Source of the DNA: a virus
Taxonomy: Duplodnaviria > Caudoviricetes
Virus record (IMG/VR): IMGVR_UViG_3300020419_000010
Location: 1-64,000 of that record
Direction: 5' to 3' (one strand)
DNA: 64,000 nt
In this document: in pieces, positions 8,795 through 19,604 of the stretch
Numbering within the stretch: position 1 is the stretch's first letter
How the letters are laid out: every line of letters begins with the position of its first letter
Position numbers and translations under genes: made by a program
The notes under the pieces: generated by a model
What the model saw: only the letters and a program-made list of their open reading frames with translations
What the model was told of the DNA's origin: nothing
Database searches by the model: none

Positions 8795-11538
8795 CAGAAT
8801 TTATTGGTAGGCACATAGGTCCTTCCGAAGAAGAACAGACTCAGATGTTAAACGATCTGGGTCTTAATAATATAGACGAACTCATACGAGACGTTATTCC
8901 CGACTCCATACTATTAAGGGGAGACGATACACATTTACCAGAACCTTGTAGTGAATACGAAGCACTACAAGAACTGAAACATATAGCATCATTCAACAAA
9001 GTTACGAGGTGTTTAATTGGACAAGGATACTATGGAACAATTACACCGCCTGTCATACAGAGAAATGTTTTTGAGAATCCAGCGTGGTACACATCTTATA
9101 CTCCATATCAGGCAGAGATTTCGCAAGGAAGATTAGAAGCACTATTTAATTATCAGACATTAATAACAGAACTAACAGGACTACCAATTACAAATGCATC
9201 CTTACTAGATGAAGGAACTGCTGCTGCCGAAGCAATGATCATGGCACAGCAGAAAGATAAGAATACATTTCTAGTTGATAGTAAGATATTTCCACAGACA
9301 TTAAAAGTATTACAGACAAGAGCAAGACCGTTAGATATACACATACAACTTATAGATCTAGATGAAAGCATAGCACTAGAAGATTTCACTGATGCATTTG
9401 GTATCATAGTACAGTTACCTAACAATGATGGTAAACTACGACACTGTGATGGATTACTGAGGTGTGCAGAGGTATTCAATACCACAAAGATTGCAATCGT
9501 AGATCCTATGTGTCAGGTATTGATGCAACCAGTAGGTGAATGGGGATTTGATATTGCAGTTGGTAGTATGCAGAGGTTTGGTATTCCTATGGGTTTTGGA
9601 GGACCTCATGCAGCATTCTTTGCAACCACTGAGAAATATAAACGTAAGATTCCTGGACGTATTGTAGGGCAGTCGGTAGATAGTCAAGGTAATAAAGCAC
9701 TACGACTAGCGTTGCAAACAAGGGAACAACATATAAGACGAGACAAAGCAACGTCCAATATATGCACCGCCCAAGCATTACTCGCAAATATGGCAGGGTT
9801 TTACGCTGCTTATCATGGCGCGGAAGGTCTGAAAAGAATAGCAAATAGAATATTAAGATATAGACAAACGTTAATAACAGCATTAAAATGGTGTGGATAT
9901 GAGACTGATGATAGTGAAGGATTTGATACTGTTAGGTGGAAGTCTAATCTAGCAGTAGATCATATCACTATAAGATATGAAAATGGTTGGAATATTCTAT
10001 CTATTGATGAGAGAACAACACTACCAGAATTACAGGGAATTGTTAGCACTCAGGTAGACTTTGAAAACAAGTCAGATACTATTGATCATGTACATGATAT
10101 CTATAAACTATATCATTGGATGAGTATACCACAACGAACTAAACCGTGGTTACAACAGGCAGTCTTCCACAAGTATAGAAGTGAGACTAACATGATGAGA
10201 TATATGCAAAGGTTAGTGTCAAAAGACTATTCATTAGTGCATGGTATGATGCCATTGGGTAGTTGTACTATGAAATTAAATGCAGCAGCAGAACTGATAC
10301 CTGTATCATGGGAGGAGTTTGGAAGAGTACATCCATTTGCACCTGTGGCACATCATAGAGGATATGATAAGATCATACAAGATTTAGAGAAATGGTTGAA
10401 AGATATTACAGGATTTGATGCTGTATCATTACAACCTAATGCAGGGTCACAGGGAGAATATGCAGGACTGTTAGCAATACAGGCATTCCATAGAGATAAT
10501 GGAGACGATCAAAGAAAGATATGTTTAATACCCGAGTCTGCTCATGGGACAAATCCCGCTTCTGCAATCATGGCAGGGTTAAAAATTATCCCAGTAAAAA
10601 TTGACTCCCAGGGGTCGGTGGATATTCATGACCTAAGAATCAAAGCATGTCTACATGCTGATGAGTTATCTTCTTGTATGTTAACATATCCATCAACACA
10701 TGGATTGTTTGAAACTACTATTAGAGAGATATGTGGTATTATGCATGAATTCGGTGGATTAGTCTATATTGATGGTGCAAACATGAATGCACAGGTTGGA
10801 TTGGCAAAACCAGGGGAATTTGGTGCTGACGTGATGCATCTGAATTTACACAAGACATTCTGCATACCACATGGAGGTGGTGGACCAGGGGTCGGACCTA
10901 TTTGTGCATCTAAGTATCTTGCACCTTATATAAATGAGAGAGTATCATCAGCACCACAAGGTAGTGCATCAATACTACCAATAACATGGATGTATATTCG
11001 TATGATGGGTGGAGATGGACTGAGAAAGGCAAGTGAAGTTGCTATATTGAGTGCAAACTGGTTATCTAAGAAAATAGACAACTATTTTAAGGTATTATAT
11101 AAAGGAAAGAATGGTAGAGTAGCACATGAGTGTATATTTGATATAAGAGGATATGATGGTATTACAGCAGAGGATGTTGCTAAGAGACTGATGGACTATG
11201 GATTTCATGCACCAACCCTGTCATGGCCTGTATCTGGAACTGTAATGGTAGAACCAACAGAGAGTGAGTCATTAGAAGAGTTAGAAAGATTTGGTGAAGC
11301 AATGAATCTAATCAGATGTGAGATAGACGAAAACCCAGCATTATTGAAGAATGCACCACACACAGCAGCAGTATGTAGTGCAACTGAGTGGGATTATCCG
11401 TACACAAGAGAAGAAGCAGCATATCCAGTTGAACAAGAGGATAAGTTCTGGGCAGCAGTGTCAAGAATAGATAATGTTTATGGTGATCGTAACCTTGTAT
11501 GCTCCTGTGAGGATTACTTTTCCGAATCGTATAAATAA
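8791..11538 (+). CDS. gcvP: Glycine dehydrogenase (decarboxylating), glycine cleavage P protein
   Basis: FIGRHIGP, YTPYQAEISQGRLE, REQHIRRDKATSNICTAQ, PLGSCTMK, PLP-lysine motif HLNLHKTF, VYGDRNLVCSC. Confidence 0.97.
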   Translation: MTEFIGRHIGPSEEEQTQMLNDLGLNNIDELIRDVIPDSILLRGDDTHLPEPCSEYEALQELKHIASFNKVTRCLIGQGYYGTITPPVIQRNVFENPAWYTSYTPYQAEISQGRLEALFNYQTLITELTGLPITNASLLDEGTAAAEAMIMAQQKDKNTFLVDSKIFPQTLKVLQTRARPLDIHIQLIDLDESIALEDFTDAFGIIVQLPNNDGKLRHCDGLLRCAEVFNTTKIAIVDPMCQVLMQPVGEWGFDIAVGSMQRFGIPMGFGGPHAAFFATTEKYKRKIPGRIVGQSVDSQGNKALRLALQTREQHIRRDKATSNICTAQALLANMAGFYAAYHGAEGLKRIANRILRYRQTLITALKWCGYETDDSEGFDTVRWKSNLAVDHITIRYENGWNILSIDERTTLPELQGIVSTQVDFENKSDTIDHVHDIYKLYHWMSIPQRTKPWLQQAVFHKYRSETNMMRYMQRLVSKDYSLVHGMMPLGSCTMKLNAAAELIPVSWEEFGRVHPFAPVAHHRGYDKIIQDLEKWLKDITGFDAVSLQPNAGSQGEYAGLLAIQAFHRDNGDDQRKICLIPESAHGTNPASAIMAGLKIIPVKIDSQGSVDIHDLRIKACLHADELSSCMLTYPSTHGLFETTIREICGIMHEFGGLVYIDGANMNAQVGLAKPGEFGADVMHLNLHKTFCIPHGGGGPGVGPICASKYLAPYINERVSSAPQGSASILPITWMYIRMMGGDGLRKASEVAILSANWLSKKIDNYFKVLYKGKNGRVAHECIFDIRGYDGITAEDVAKRLMDYGFHAPTLSWPVSGTVMVEPTESESLEELERFGEAMNLIRCEIDENPALLKNAPHTAAVCSATEWDYPYTREEAAYPVEQEDKFWAAVSRIDNVYGDRNLVCSCEDYFSESYK
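11530..11537 (+). promoter_or_regulatory. T4 late promoter TATAAATA
   Basis: Perfect consensus overlapping the gcvP stop, upstream of the structural gene block. Confidence 0.8.
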
Positions 11539-11565
11539 CTTGGAACAACCTATTGTCTGATAATA

Positions 11566-12900
11566 GTGGGAACAAAAAGAATATCACAACTTGAAACTGT
11601 ATCTGACGATTTAGTAACTGGTGAAGCAGTACTGCCTATTGTTATTAGTGATCCTTTGATTCCTAACCGTAAGGCAAAAGTCAACCAATTATTCAGATCG
11701 ATAAGTGCGGGGTCAAGCACCGCCCCAGGTCTAAGTTTCAACTTGGACAGGGACACTGGATTTTACCAAAGCACAGTAAACGAAATTGGTATGACGTTTG
11801 GAACAGCGTCACTATATTACTCACGTTCAGCGAACCAAGATGGTTCATCTACACTGACCATAGCGGGTAATGATACAGCAAGTGCAAACTCAAACGTAGA
11901 GATAGAACCACAAGGTAGTGGTTTCTTTACTGTTGACGGTCCGTCAGTTTTTAGAGATAACCAGTTATTCTTTGAAGATGACCAGTCATCAGGAAAGAGA
12001 GTATTCTTTAACGTTGGTACAGTTTCTACTGCGGGTGGTACAAAGAGGTTTGATTTTCCTAACCTAGGAGCAAATACATCTACTACATTCGTTGCTACTG
12101 ACACAAACCAGACAATAACAAATAAAGTTGTAATCATTAAGGATAATGACCTTAGTATTACAGGTTCTACTGATACTGCAAAGATAGCAAGATTTGAGTG
12201 TGACTCATGGACTGCACCAGGGGTAAGATTATATAAACTACCTGATGCAGGAGCAGCAACTGCTCAAACCACTTTGATTGATGATCTAACAGAGCAGAAC
12301 TTGTTTAACAAGAACATGGTTAACCCCACGTTCTCTACTACATTATCAACAGATGAGAATAACCCAACCAAGTACATTATATTTGATCAGTCAGGTATAA
12401 CACAGAATAGAACAGTTACGTTCCCTGATTTGAACGTTACAGTGGTTGGTACAGGAGCAACACAAACATTAACTAACAAAGTTTATAAAGGTGCTATTTT
12501 TGAGGATACAGCAGACGCAAGTAAGAAGATTACGTTTGCTTTAACCAATCTAAATAGTAATACAAACCTTAACTTTACCTTCCCAGAAGGTAGTTTGTTA
12601 GCACCTCTAAATAATGGTACCGATGCCAACGTTTTAGTAGCAGAAAGAGCAACACAAACTCTTAATGCTAAGACGATGGAGAACATGAGGATCAATAACC
12701 CAGAGGACGTCAATGGCGAAATCATTATTGATGCTTCAAACATCACAGGTGCAAGAACCATAGCGTTCCCAGACGGTGATGCAACGTTACTTTCTACTAA
12801 CAACATTGATGCAGTGGGTGTTAGTTTCGGTGGACCATTATCAGCACCAACATTCGGAGGTAGACTTCGACTTCAAACATTTTTCCAGTCAGGATGGTAA
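11566..12900 (+). CDS. Virion structural/tail-fibre-associated protein with internal repeats
   Basis: MGTKRISQL start, APGLSF..DRDTGFY motif, repeated R...FPD...T(L/V)V.T...QTLTNK units. Confidence 0.75.
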   Translation: MGTKRISQLETVSDDLVTGEAVLPIVISDPLIPNRKAKVNQLFRSISAGSSTAPGLSFNLDRDTGFYQSTVNEIGMTFGTASLYYSRSANQDGSSTLTIAGNDTASANSNVEIEPQGSGFFTVDGPSVFRDNQLFFEDDQSSGKRVFFNVGTVSTAGGTKRFDFPNLGANTSTTFVATDTNQTITNKVVIIKDNDLSITGSTDTAKIARFECDSWTAPGVRLYKLPDAGAATAQTTLIDDLTEQNLFNKNMVNPTFSTTLSTDENNPTKYIIFDQSGITQNRTVTFPDLNVTVVGTGATQTLTNKVYKGAIFEDTADASKKITFALTNLNSNTNLNFTFPEGSLLAPLNNGTDANVLVAERATQTLNAKTMENMRINNPEDVNGEIIIDASNITGARTIAFPDGDATLLSTNNIDAVGVSFGGPLSAPTFGGRLRLQTFFQSGW

Positions 12901-12906
12901 TTTAAA

Positions 12907-15117
12907 ATGACAGCAGGAAGACTCGCTGCAAGCAACCCCAGCGCAACGACTAATACACTTTTATACAGAAGTGTGATTGACCAAACAGCATCAACAGTAC
13001 TCACAGCAACTAATATAAGTGGTTCTGGTGTTACATATCGTGCTGCACTTCGTAATTATGATCAGATTCTTAAATTAGATGGTGACGAACCGTCCAATTT
13101 GGTATTTAATAAAGGAAACCCAGTATCAACCTATAAGTTGAAGATAACACCTGGAATTTCATTCGCAGCAGCATCACCAAACGCTGAACTTAACTCACAA
13201 TCTGGTTCAAGAGCAAAGTTACTCGATGTATATAAGGATACTGCAACAATAAACAGATATGTAAAGGTAGAGAAGATAGCAAACTTTGAAGGAAGTTCTG
13301 AGACTTTAATAGGTACATTTCAAAATGGTGAAACAATTACTGGGGCAGTTTCAACATTTACAGCAACATTAAAACAGTTTGAAGCAACAACTGGACTGAT
13401 ATATGCAAGCATAGCAGACGTAGCACAAGGTGCAACATCAGTCAAAGTTTCTCGTAACACAGGTTTAGCAGAAGGCACTAAGTTAATGCTTTCAGAGAAT
13501 GCTGTTACAACAGGAACCGAAATTATTACTATTGATACTGGTGGTATTGATACAGCGACTAACTCCCTGACTGTTACTCGTGGTGTATATGGTACAACAG
13601 CAAGTCCTATCTCTGGTGGACAGTATGCTAAGTCATTCATTGATTCAGCAACTGCATCAACAATTAACGAAGGTGCAACATTTACTGCTGCTGACGTTAC
13701 ACTAACTCTTACTGATGCTACTGGATTCTTAGAAGGTAGTTTCATTCGTATTGGTAACGAGATTTTAGCAGTATCAACAGTTGCTGGTAACGACTTAACA
13801 GTTATTCGTGGTCAGTATGGTACATCAGCAGTTGACCATAACGATGGATCAGCAGTTACACAAATGACTGACGCTGGTGATTATTATCTTAATTTCTTCA
13901 CCGAATCAGAGGGTCTTCAAGGTGGAACTTCAAATGCTACTATCAGTTCTAACGTATCACAAAGTTCTAACTCTATTACTAACGCTGATAGATTTACTAT
14001 CGCAGAAGGTTCAATAGGTGGTGTATATGAGTATCTAACTTTATCTAACCATAATAACGAAAGAGTTTATCGTTATGATCAGTCAGATAGTTCAAACGCT
14101 GGTCATCCATTCAGATTATCTGAACAGGCAGATGGTACACAGACACTAACAGGTGCTGAATATACAACTGGTGTAACGAAAGTTGGAACTGCTGGGTCTG
14201 CTGGTGCATACTTAGAGATTACTATTACATCAGGTACACCATTATCACTATATTCATACGCAGAACCAGCAGTAGCAAACACTGCTGATGGTAATGCAAA
14301 CTATGGTTTCCAAATTGGTACAACACTAACACCTGACTATGAAGAGATATACATCTATGACGTAGCAGGAGAACCATGGGCAGCAGCACAAGCATTTGAA
14401 ATTGGTGGCACAACATATACTGTACAGGCAAGTGGTGTTACTGTTGGTAAGTATGGGTATGTACACGAATGGAATCCAACACTTAACGAGTTAAAAATCT
14501 CGCTGGGTGTAGGATCATCAGCATTTGCAACAGGGGATCAACTTTATGATACACCTACACTTGTTGATGCTAATAGAACTATGGCAGAAGTTGTTGCTGG
14601 TAAAGTTCTTGCTATTGATACAGTTAGTGCTGCTAATGCAAGTAGGACTGCTGGAACATACTCTGGTTTATCTCCCACAGGTGGATCAGGATCAGGACTA
14701 AAAGTTGATATTGTAGTTGCAGCATCCACAGGTGCAGCGACTGTAACACTCGTAAATGGTGGAAAGAATTATGCAGACGGTGAAACACTAACAGTAACTG
14801 ACGCTAACTTAGGTGGTGGTGGTGCTCCTAACCTTACATTTGCAACTGATGGTATCGGTGCGGGTGATGGTATTGGTGCAACATCAACAACATATGTGAA
14901 GACTGAGGATTACATACATTATGGCAAGGCAATCGCTGCAAACGCATCAGACAGAACAACTGGTATTGTAGTAGGACCTGGGCAAAATCTGGTCGTATGG
15001 GCATCAGATACAAACATAGCATTCCAAGTACAAGGATTTGAATCTGTTTCTGAGGATTACACTGTACTAGGTAACGCTAAGACCGCTGACTCTGGTGGTG
15101 GTGGTGCAACTCCATAA
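12907..15117 (+). CDS. Virion structural protein (tail/fibre associated)
   Basis: Thr/Gly/Ser-rich, repeated IGNEI....LTV.RG.YGT.A..H modules, YDQSDSSNAGHPFRLS motif. Confidence 0.75.
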   Translation: MTAGRLAASNPSATTNTLLYRSVIDQTASTVLTATNISGSGVTYRAALRNYDQILKLDGDEPSNLVFNKGNPVSTYKLKITPGISFAAASPNAELNSQSGSRAKLLDVYKDTATINRYVKVEKIANFEGSSETLIGTFQNGETITGAVSTFTATLKQFEATTGLIYASIADVAQGATSVKVSRNTGLAEGTKLMLSENAVTTGTEIITIDTGGIDTATNSLTVTRGVYGTTASPISGGQYAKSFIDSATASTINEGATFTAADVTLTLTDATGFLEGSFIRIGNEILAVSTVAGNDLTVIRGQYGTSAVDHNDGSAVTQMTDAGDYYLNFFTESEGLQGGTSNATISSNVSQSSNSITNADRFTIAEGSIGGVYEYLTLSNHNNERVYRYDQSDSSNAGHPFRLSEQADGTQTLTGAEYTTGVTKVGTAGSAGAYLEITITSGTPLSLYSYAEPAVANTADGNANYGFQIGTTLTPDYEEIYIYDVAGEPWAAAQAFEIGGTTYTVQASGVTVGKYGYVHEWNPTLNELKISLGVGSSAFATGDQLYDTPTLVDANRTMAEVVAGKVLAIDTVSAANASRTAGTYSGLSPTGGSGSGLKVDIVVAASTGAATVTLVNGGKNYADGETLTVTDANLGGGGAPNLTFATDGIGAGDGIGATSTTYVKTEDYIHYGKAIAANASDRTTGIVVGPGQNLVVWASDTNIAFQVQGFESVSEDYTVLGNAKTADSGGGGATP

Positions 15118-15122
15118 TAAAT
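15115..15122 (+). promoter_or_regulatory. Late-type promoter (ATAAATA core)
   Basis: Sequence taataaatag in the short intergenic gap before the 15143 ORF. Confidence 0.55.
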
Positions 15123-15142
15123 AGAACATAAGGGAAACCTAG

Positions 15143-18100
15143 ATGGCATTAACACGTCTTAAAAATATCATCACGTCGAGGACTGGTCGTATCATATACG
15201 TCAACCCCGACGACTTCGATGCATCGGATGCTTACGACAATAGAGGTAACTCAGCGTTACGTCCGTTTAAGACGTTGCAACGTGCTTTTTTAGAAGTAGC
15301 AAGATTTTCATACAGAGTTGGTCTAAGTAATGACGAATTCGACGCATTCAGTATATACCTATATCCCTCAGAGTATGTTTTAGATAACAGACCTGGGGTT
15401 GCTGACTTTAATGACGTACAACCGTTTGATGCTAACTCAAACTTTGATCTAACATCTTCAAGTAATGTACTTTATAAATTCAATTCAGTTCGTGGTGGCA
15501 TTATATGCCCCAGAGGTGTGTCAGTCGTGGGATCCGACCTCAGAAGAACTAAGATTGTACCTAAATATGTACCGTATCCAACAGTCCAAGGATCCCTTGG
15601 TATAACTGCGGTTAACGAACCAGGACCAACAGCGATATTCAGATTGACTGGTGGTTGCTATTTCTGGCAGATGTCATTCTTTGATGGTGACAACAACGGT
15701 GTATATTATCGTGGTGATGATATTGGAACTATTGCTCCAAACTTCTCACATCATAAGGTCACATGTTTTGAGTACGCAGATGTACCTGACCTAAACTTAT
15801 ACTACCAAAAGATTTCAAAAGCATATGCTACAATTCCTGACTCATCAGGTGTAGTTGCACAAGACCAGTTACAGGCAAGAATTGAAGAGAACAGGATCGT
15901 TGGTCCTATTAGTGATGAATTTGCTATATCACAAATTATCAGAAATGGACAAACAGCGACAGCGTTCACAGTCGACGAACTCGGTAATCCGAAGAATCAT
16001 GGATTCTCCGTGGGTGTCGCTGTTAATATATCTGGGGTTACTGGTCCTACTGAGCAGGATCAGCTCCTCTATAATGGTTCATTCTTGGTAACGTCTGCAC
16101 AGGGTAACCAGTTTACTTATCAGATGTCATCTGAACCTAGTGGTAACGCTATTGGTTCTAACATACTTGTTAAGGTTGAGATTGATACTGTTGACTCAGC
16201 GTCACCATATGTGTTCAACTGTTCACTAAGATCTGTTTGGGGCATCAATGGTATGCACGCAGATGGAGCATTTGCAACTGGTTTCAAATCAATGGTTGTT
16301 GCTCAGTTCACTGGTATCTCACTACAAAAAGACGATAGAGCATTTGTTGTTTATAACCAATCAACTGGACAATATGAACCACAGGCAGCGGGTTCTGGTG
16401 CACACATTAATGGTTTCGCAGAATATAGAAGAGGATGGCGACATGTACACATACATGCATCTAATGACTCATTCATACAGGTCGTTTCTGTGTTCGCTGT
16501 GGGATTTGGAGATCACTTCTTCTCAGAGAGTGGCGGTGACTTATCAATCACCAACTCTAACTCAAACTTTGGTAACACATCACTAAGATCAAAAGGATTC
16601 AAGGCAGCAGCATTTACGAAAGATAAGGCAGGACAGATAACACACGTTATACCACCAAAAGGATTGAGTGATGTATCAGAGGTATCAATTAACTGGGTTA
16701 CCATTGATATTACTGCAACAAAAGCAGAAGCAGATGCATCAAGACTATACTTATATGGTTACACATCAGAGTTAGGTAAACCACCAAGTAAGATACAGGG
16801 TTATACTATTGGTGCTAGACGTGATGACGTTAATACACCTGATCAGATATATGTTGCTCTTGTAGCATCAGGTGCAAGTGAACCCACAACACACTATGCA
16901 CATATATCCCCAGCAGGACCAACAGTTACAGGTACAAAAGCGGGTGATGATGATTCACCATTGAAGTTTGATAGTAACAGAAGTCAGTGGTACTTACAGG
17001 TTGACAACGCAAACAACACAATATACACAACACTACAAGCGAACAGCATATATCAGAACTTAGGATTCACACCTACTACATTCATTAGAAGGGTGCCCGA
17101 TGCAAGAGACCTTAATGACAGAACATATAGATTTAGATATGTACTAGACAAGGATGCATTCCCTATACCAAGACCACCTATTACTGGTTTCGTTCTACAA
17201 CCTAGATCCAGCGAGTCAAACTCACCAGCATATAGTAAAACTTACTACATCTATGATGTAGAAACATACCAGACATTTGAACGTGGTGTTACAGATGGTA
17301 TATACTACTTGACATTCCTGTCAGCGTCAGTATCCCCAGGTGCTACTAACTTCAATGACTTTGAGTTCTCTCAACAGACAGTGGACATATATCCTGCATT
17401 TGACAGAGACAACCCAGTTGCAGACCCAGCAGCAGCAGTTTCGGTTGCAGACTCAGAGGTATTAGGATTGGTTAGGACAACTGATGGTGCAACACCAACA
17501 CCTAACGAGAACACACAGTTATCAATTACTAAGGAGACTACACAGTTCTTCTTACAAGAGACAGAGAATAACTTAGGATATACAACCACAGTCAACACAC
17601 TAACAGGTATAGTTGTTACTGCTAGACTAGGAGATGAAGAAGAGAGAAAGATACCACTTAAACTAAATCCAGACAACTCAGTAGCACCTTTACAGGTAGA
17701 ACTGAGACGTTACTCTATCCTTAGAGCGTCAGGACACACGTTTGAGTATCTTGGTTTCGGGCCAGGTAACTACTCAACAGCGTTCCCATCTACTCAGGTA
17801 GAGGTTCTAAGTCCAGAGCAAGTCAGACTGTCACAGTCATTGAAAGAAGCAGCGGGTGTTGCTTACTACTCTGGTGTTAACAGTGATGGAGAACTATTCG
17901 TTGGTAACCAAGTTATCAACCCAGTTACAGGTCAGATCACTAACGAAGATATCGCTCAGTTAAACGTCCTCGGTGAAGAGGGAACTACGATTGAGACGTT
18001 CTCTGAATTAGTATTGACTGATAAACTGACTGTAATTGGTGGAGCATCTAACCAGTTAGAATCTGTATTCTCAGGTCCTGTAACGATGCAGAAGAAACTG

Positions 18101-18721
18101 ACATCACAGGATGAGATTCAGTCTCTTAAATTCACTTATAGTAATGATGATGGTACTGTACTAAAACAAACATTCCTAGCAAATGAACTTGCTGGTGTAC
18201 CCGATCTCGCTGCTGGATTAGCATTCAACAATGGCGACATATGTTATAACATAGACTGGTCACCAGGGGCATCCCTTGGTTGGGTTTATGATGCTGGCAC
18301 ATGGTATAAGATCGGATTGAGTGATACAGCACCGATCACATCACAAAGATATAGTGGTGTAACTCATTATGGTATTGGTATGGCACCTGACGCTTCAAAT
18401 AGATTGAAGGTCAGTGGCAACACATTCTTCTCTGGTAACATAGATGTTACTGGAACTTATGGTGCTGCCGATAAATATAGATTGGCGACTGGTCTTGCGA
18501 ATAACAATAACGGTGTAACATATAGTGGAAATGGATCCACAGTTACATTTGCTATATCACCAGGGCACACCGCATTCTCTGTATTGGTATTTTTAAATGG
18601 TGTTGCCCAAGTCCCAGGTGTAGACTACACTGTGACTGGTAACGCAGTTGATTTTAGTATTGCTGGGGCAACAATCCCTGCATCAGGTGATGTGATTCAA
18701 ATTCGTGAATTAGTAATCTAA
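15143..18721 (+). CDS. Large tail-fibre/virion structural protein
   Basis: MALTRLKN...YVNP.D.DA.D...GNS..RPFKTLQRA and G.DLRRTKI.P motifs of cyanomyophage fibre proteins; C-terminal GNGSTVTF...VFLNGVAQVPGVDY. Confidence 0.8.
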   Translation: MALTRLKNIITSRTGRIIYVNPDDFDASDAYDNRGNSALRPFKTLQRAFLEVARFSYRVGLSNDEFDAFSIYLYPSEYVLDNRPGVADFNDVQPFDANSNFDLTSSSNVLYKFNSVRGGIICPRGVSVVGSDLRRTKIVPKYVPYPTVQGSLGITAVNEPGPTAIFRLTGGCYFWQMSFFDGDNNGVYYRGDDIGTIAPNFSHHKVTCFEYADVPDLNLYYQKISKAYATIPDSSGVVAQDQLQARIEENRIVGPISDEFAISQIIRNGQTATAFTVDELGNPKNHGFSVGVAVNISGVTGPTEQDQLLYNGSFLVTSAQGNQFTYQMSSEPSGNAIGSNILVKVEIDTVDSASPYVFNCSLRSVWGINGMHADGAFATGFKSMVVAQFTGISLQKDDRAFVVYNQSTGQYEPQAAGSGAHINGFAEYRRGWRHVHIHASNDSFIQVVSVFAVGFGDHFFSESGGDLSITNSNSNFGNTSLRSKGFKAAAFTKDKAGQITHVIPPKGLSDVSEVSINWVTIDITATKAEADASRLYLYGYTSELGKPPSKIQGYTIGARRDDVNTPDQIYVALVASGASEPTTHYAHISPAGPTVTGTKAGDDDSPLKFDSNRSQWYLQVDNANNTIYTTLQANSIYQNLGFTPTTFIRRVPDARDLNDRTYRFRYVLDKDAFPIPRPPITGFVLQPRSSESNSPAYSKTYYIYDVETYQTFERGVTDGIYYLTFLSASVSPGATNFNDFEFSQQTVDIYPAFDRDNPVADPAAAVSVADSEVLGLVRTTDGATPTPNENTQLSITKETTQFFLQETENNLGYTTTVNTLTGIVVTARLGDEEERKIPLKLNPDNSVAPLQVELRRYSILRASGHTFEYLGFGPGNYSTAFPSTQVEVLSPEQVRLSQSLKEAAGVAYYSGVNSDGELFVGNQVINPVTGQITNEDIAQLNVLGEEGTTIETFSELVLTDKLTVIGGASNQLESVFSGPVTMQKKLTSQDEIQSLKFTYSNDDGTVLKQTFLANELAGVPDLAAGLAFNNGDICYNIDWSPGASLGWVYDAGTWYKIGLSDTAPITSQRYSGVTHYGIGMAPDASNRLKVSGNTFFSGNIDVTGTYGAADKYRLATGLANNNNGVTYSGNGSTVTFAISPGHTAFSVLVFLNGVAQVPGVDYTVTGNAVDFSIAGATIPASGDVIQIRELVI

Positions 18722-18732
18722 GGTAGAATCTA

Positions 18733-19599
18733 ATGTCAACCAAAATAATTGGTAATCAGATTAGCGATGCGACAAGAGCAATTATTACTGCCCTTACTGT
18801 CACAGAGCAAGTCAACTTACCTAACTTAAATCAAACACAAATCAATGCACTTGGAACAGTTGCGTTAGGTACTATCATATACAACTCTTCTGAAAAGATA
18901 TTCCAAGGATACTTACCTGATGTTAACGGACCAGGGTCACCAGGGTGGGATGACGTTGGTGGTGGTGGACCGAGTATTGGTGAAGACTCAATCATTAGAA
19001 CTAATGGTAATACTATTTCTGAGAACCTAACAATAGGACCCAGTGCTAACAATGGTACTGAGTTTACTAACGGTTTTACTGCTGCTCCTATTACAGTTGC
19101 AAACGGTTACACTGTTACTATTGAGACTGGTGCAACATGGACTATTATTGGTCCTGACGAAGATTTAAGTGCATACAGATACTATAACAACTTAGGTATT
19201 AACCAACATTTAAGAATGGTTCCTGGCTCTACATTTGAGTTTGGACAAACAAAAGAAAGAATTCTATCATTTGCTAAGTCATCTACTGTAACTGTGGATC
19301 ACAGTTTAGCAAACGTATTTGAAACCAAAAACCCAACAGGGTATAACGGTAACATTACTATCAATTTTAATAATGTACCTAATGAGTCTGGCATCATGTA
19401 CAACGGATCAGTGCTTATATACCAACAAAATGGTAATGGTGCTGTTACATCTGTACAAGTAAATGGTAGTACAGCAAACACTAAATTTAATGTAGATGAC
19501 TTGACCCCAGCAGAATATGCGAACTCATATCAGTGTATGTTCTACTTAGAGGGTTCTCAGTGGACTTGTTTTGTCATGGTAACCGCATTCGCTAATTAA
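18733..19599 (+). CDS. Tail fibre-associated protein
   Basis: GGGGPSIGEDSIIRTN..TISEN.TI...GYTVTIETGATWTI motif; position within the fibre block. Confidence 0.7.
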   Translation: MSTKIIGNQISDATRAIITALTVTEQVNLPNLNQTQINALGTVALGTIIYNSSEKIFQGYLPDVNGPGSPGWDDVGGGGPSIGEDSIIRTNGNTISENLTIGPSANNGTEFTNGFTAAPITVANGYTVTIETGATWTIIGPDEDLSAYRYYNNLGINQHLRMVPGSTFEFGQTKERILSFAKSSTVTVDHSLANVFETKNPTGYNGNITINFNNVPNESGIMYNGSVLIYQQNGNGAVTSVQVNGSTANTKFNVDDLTPAEYANSYQCMFYLEGSQWTCFVMVTAFAN

Positions 19600-19604
19600 T
19601 TATT

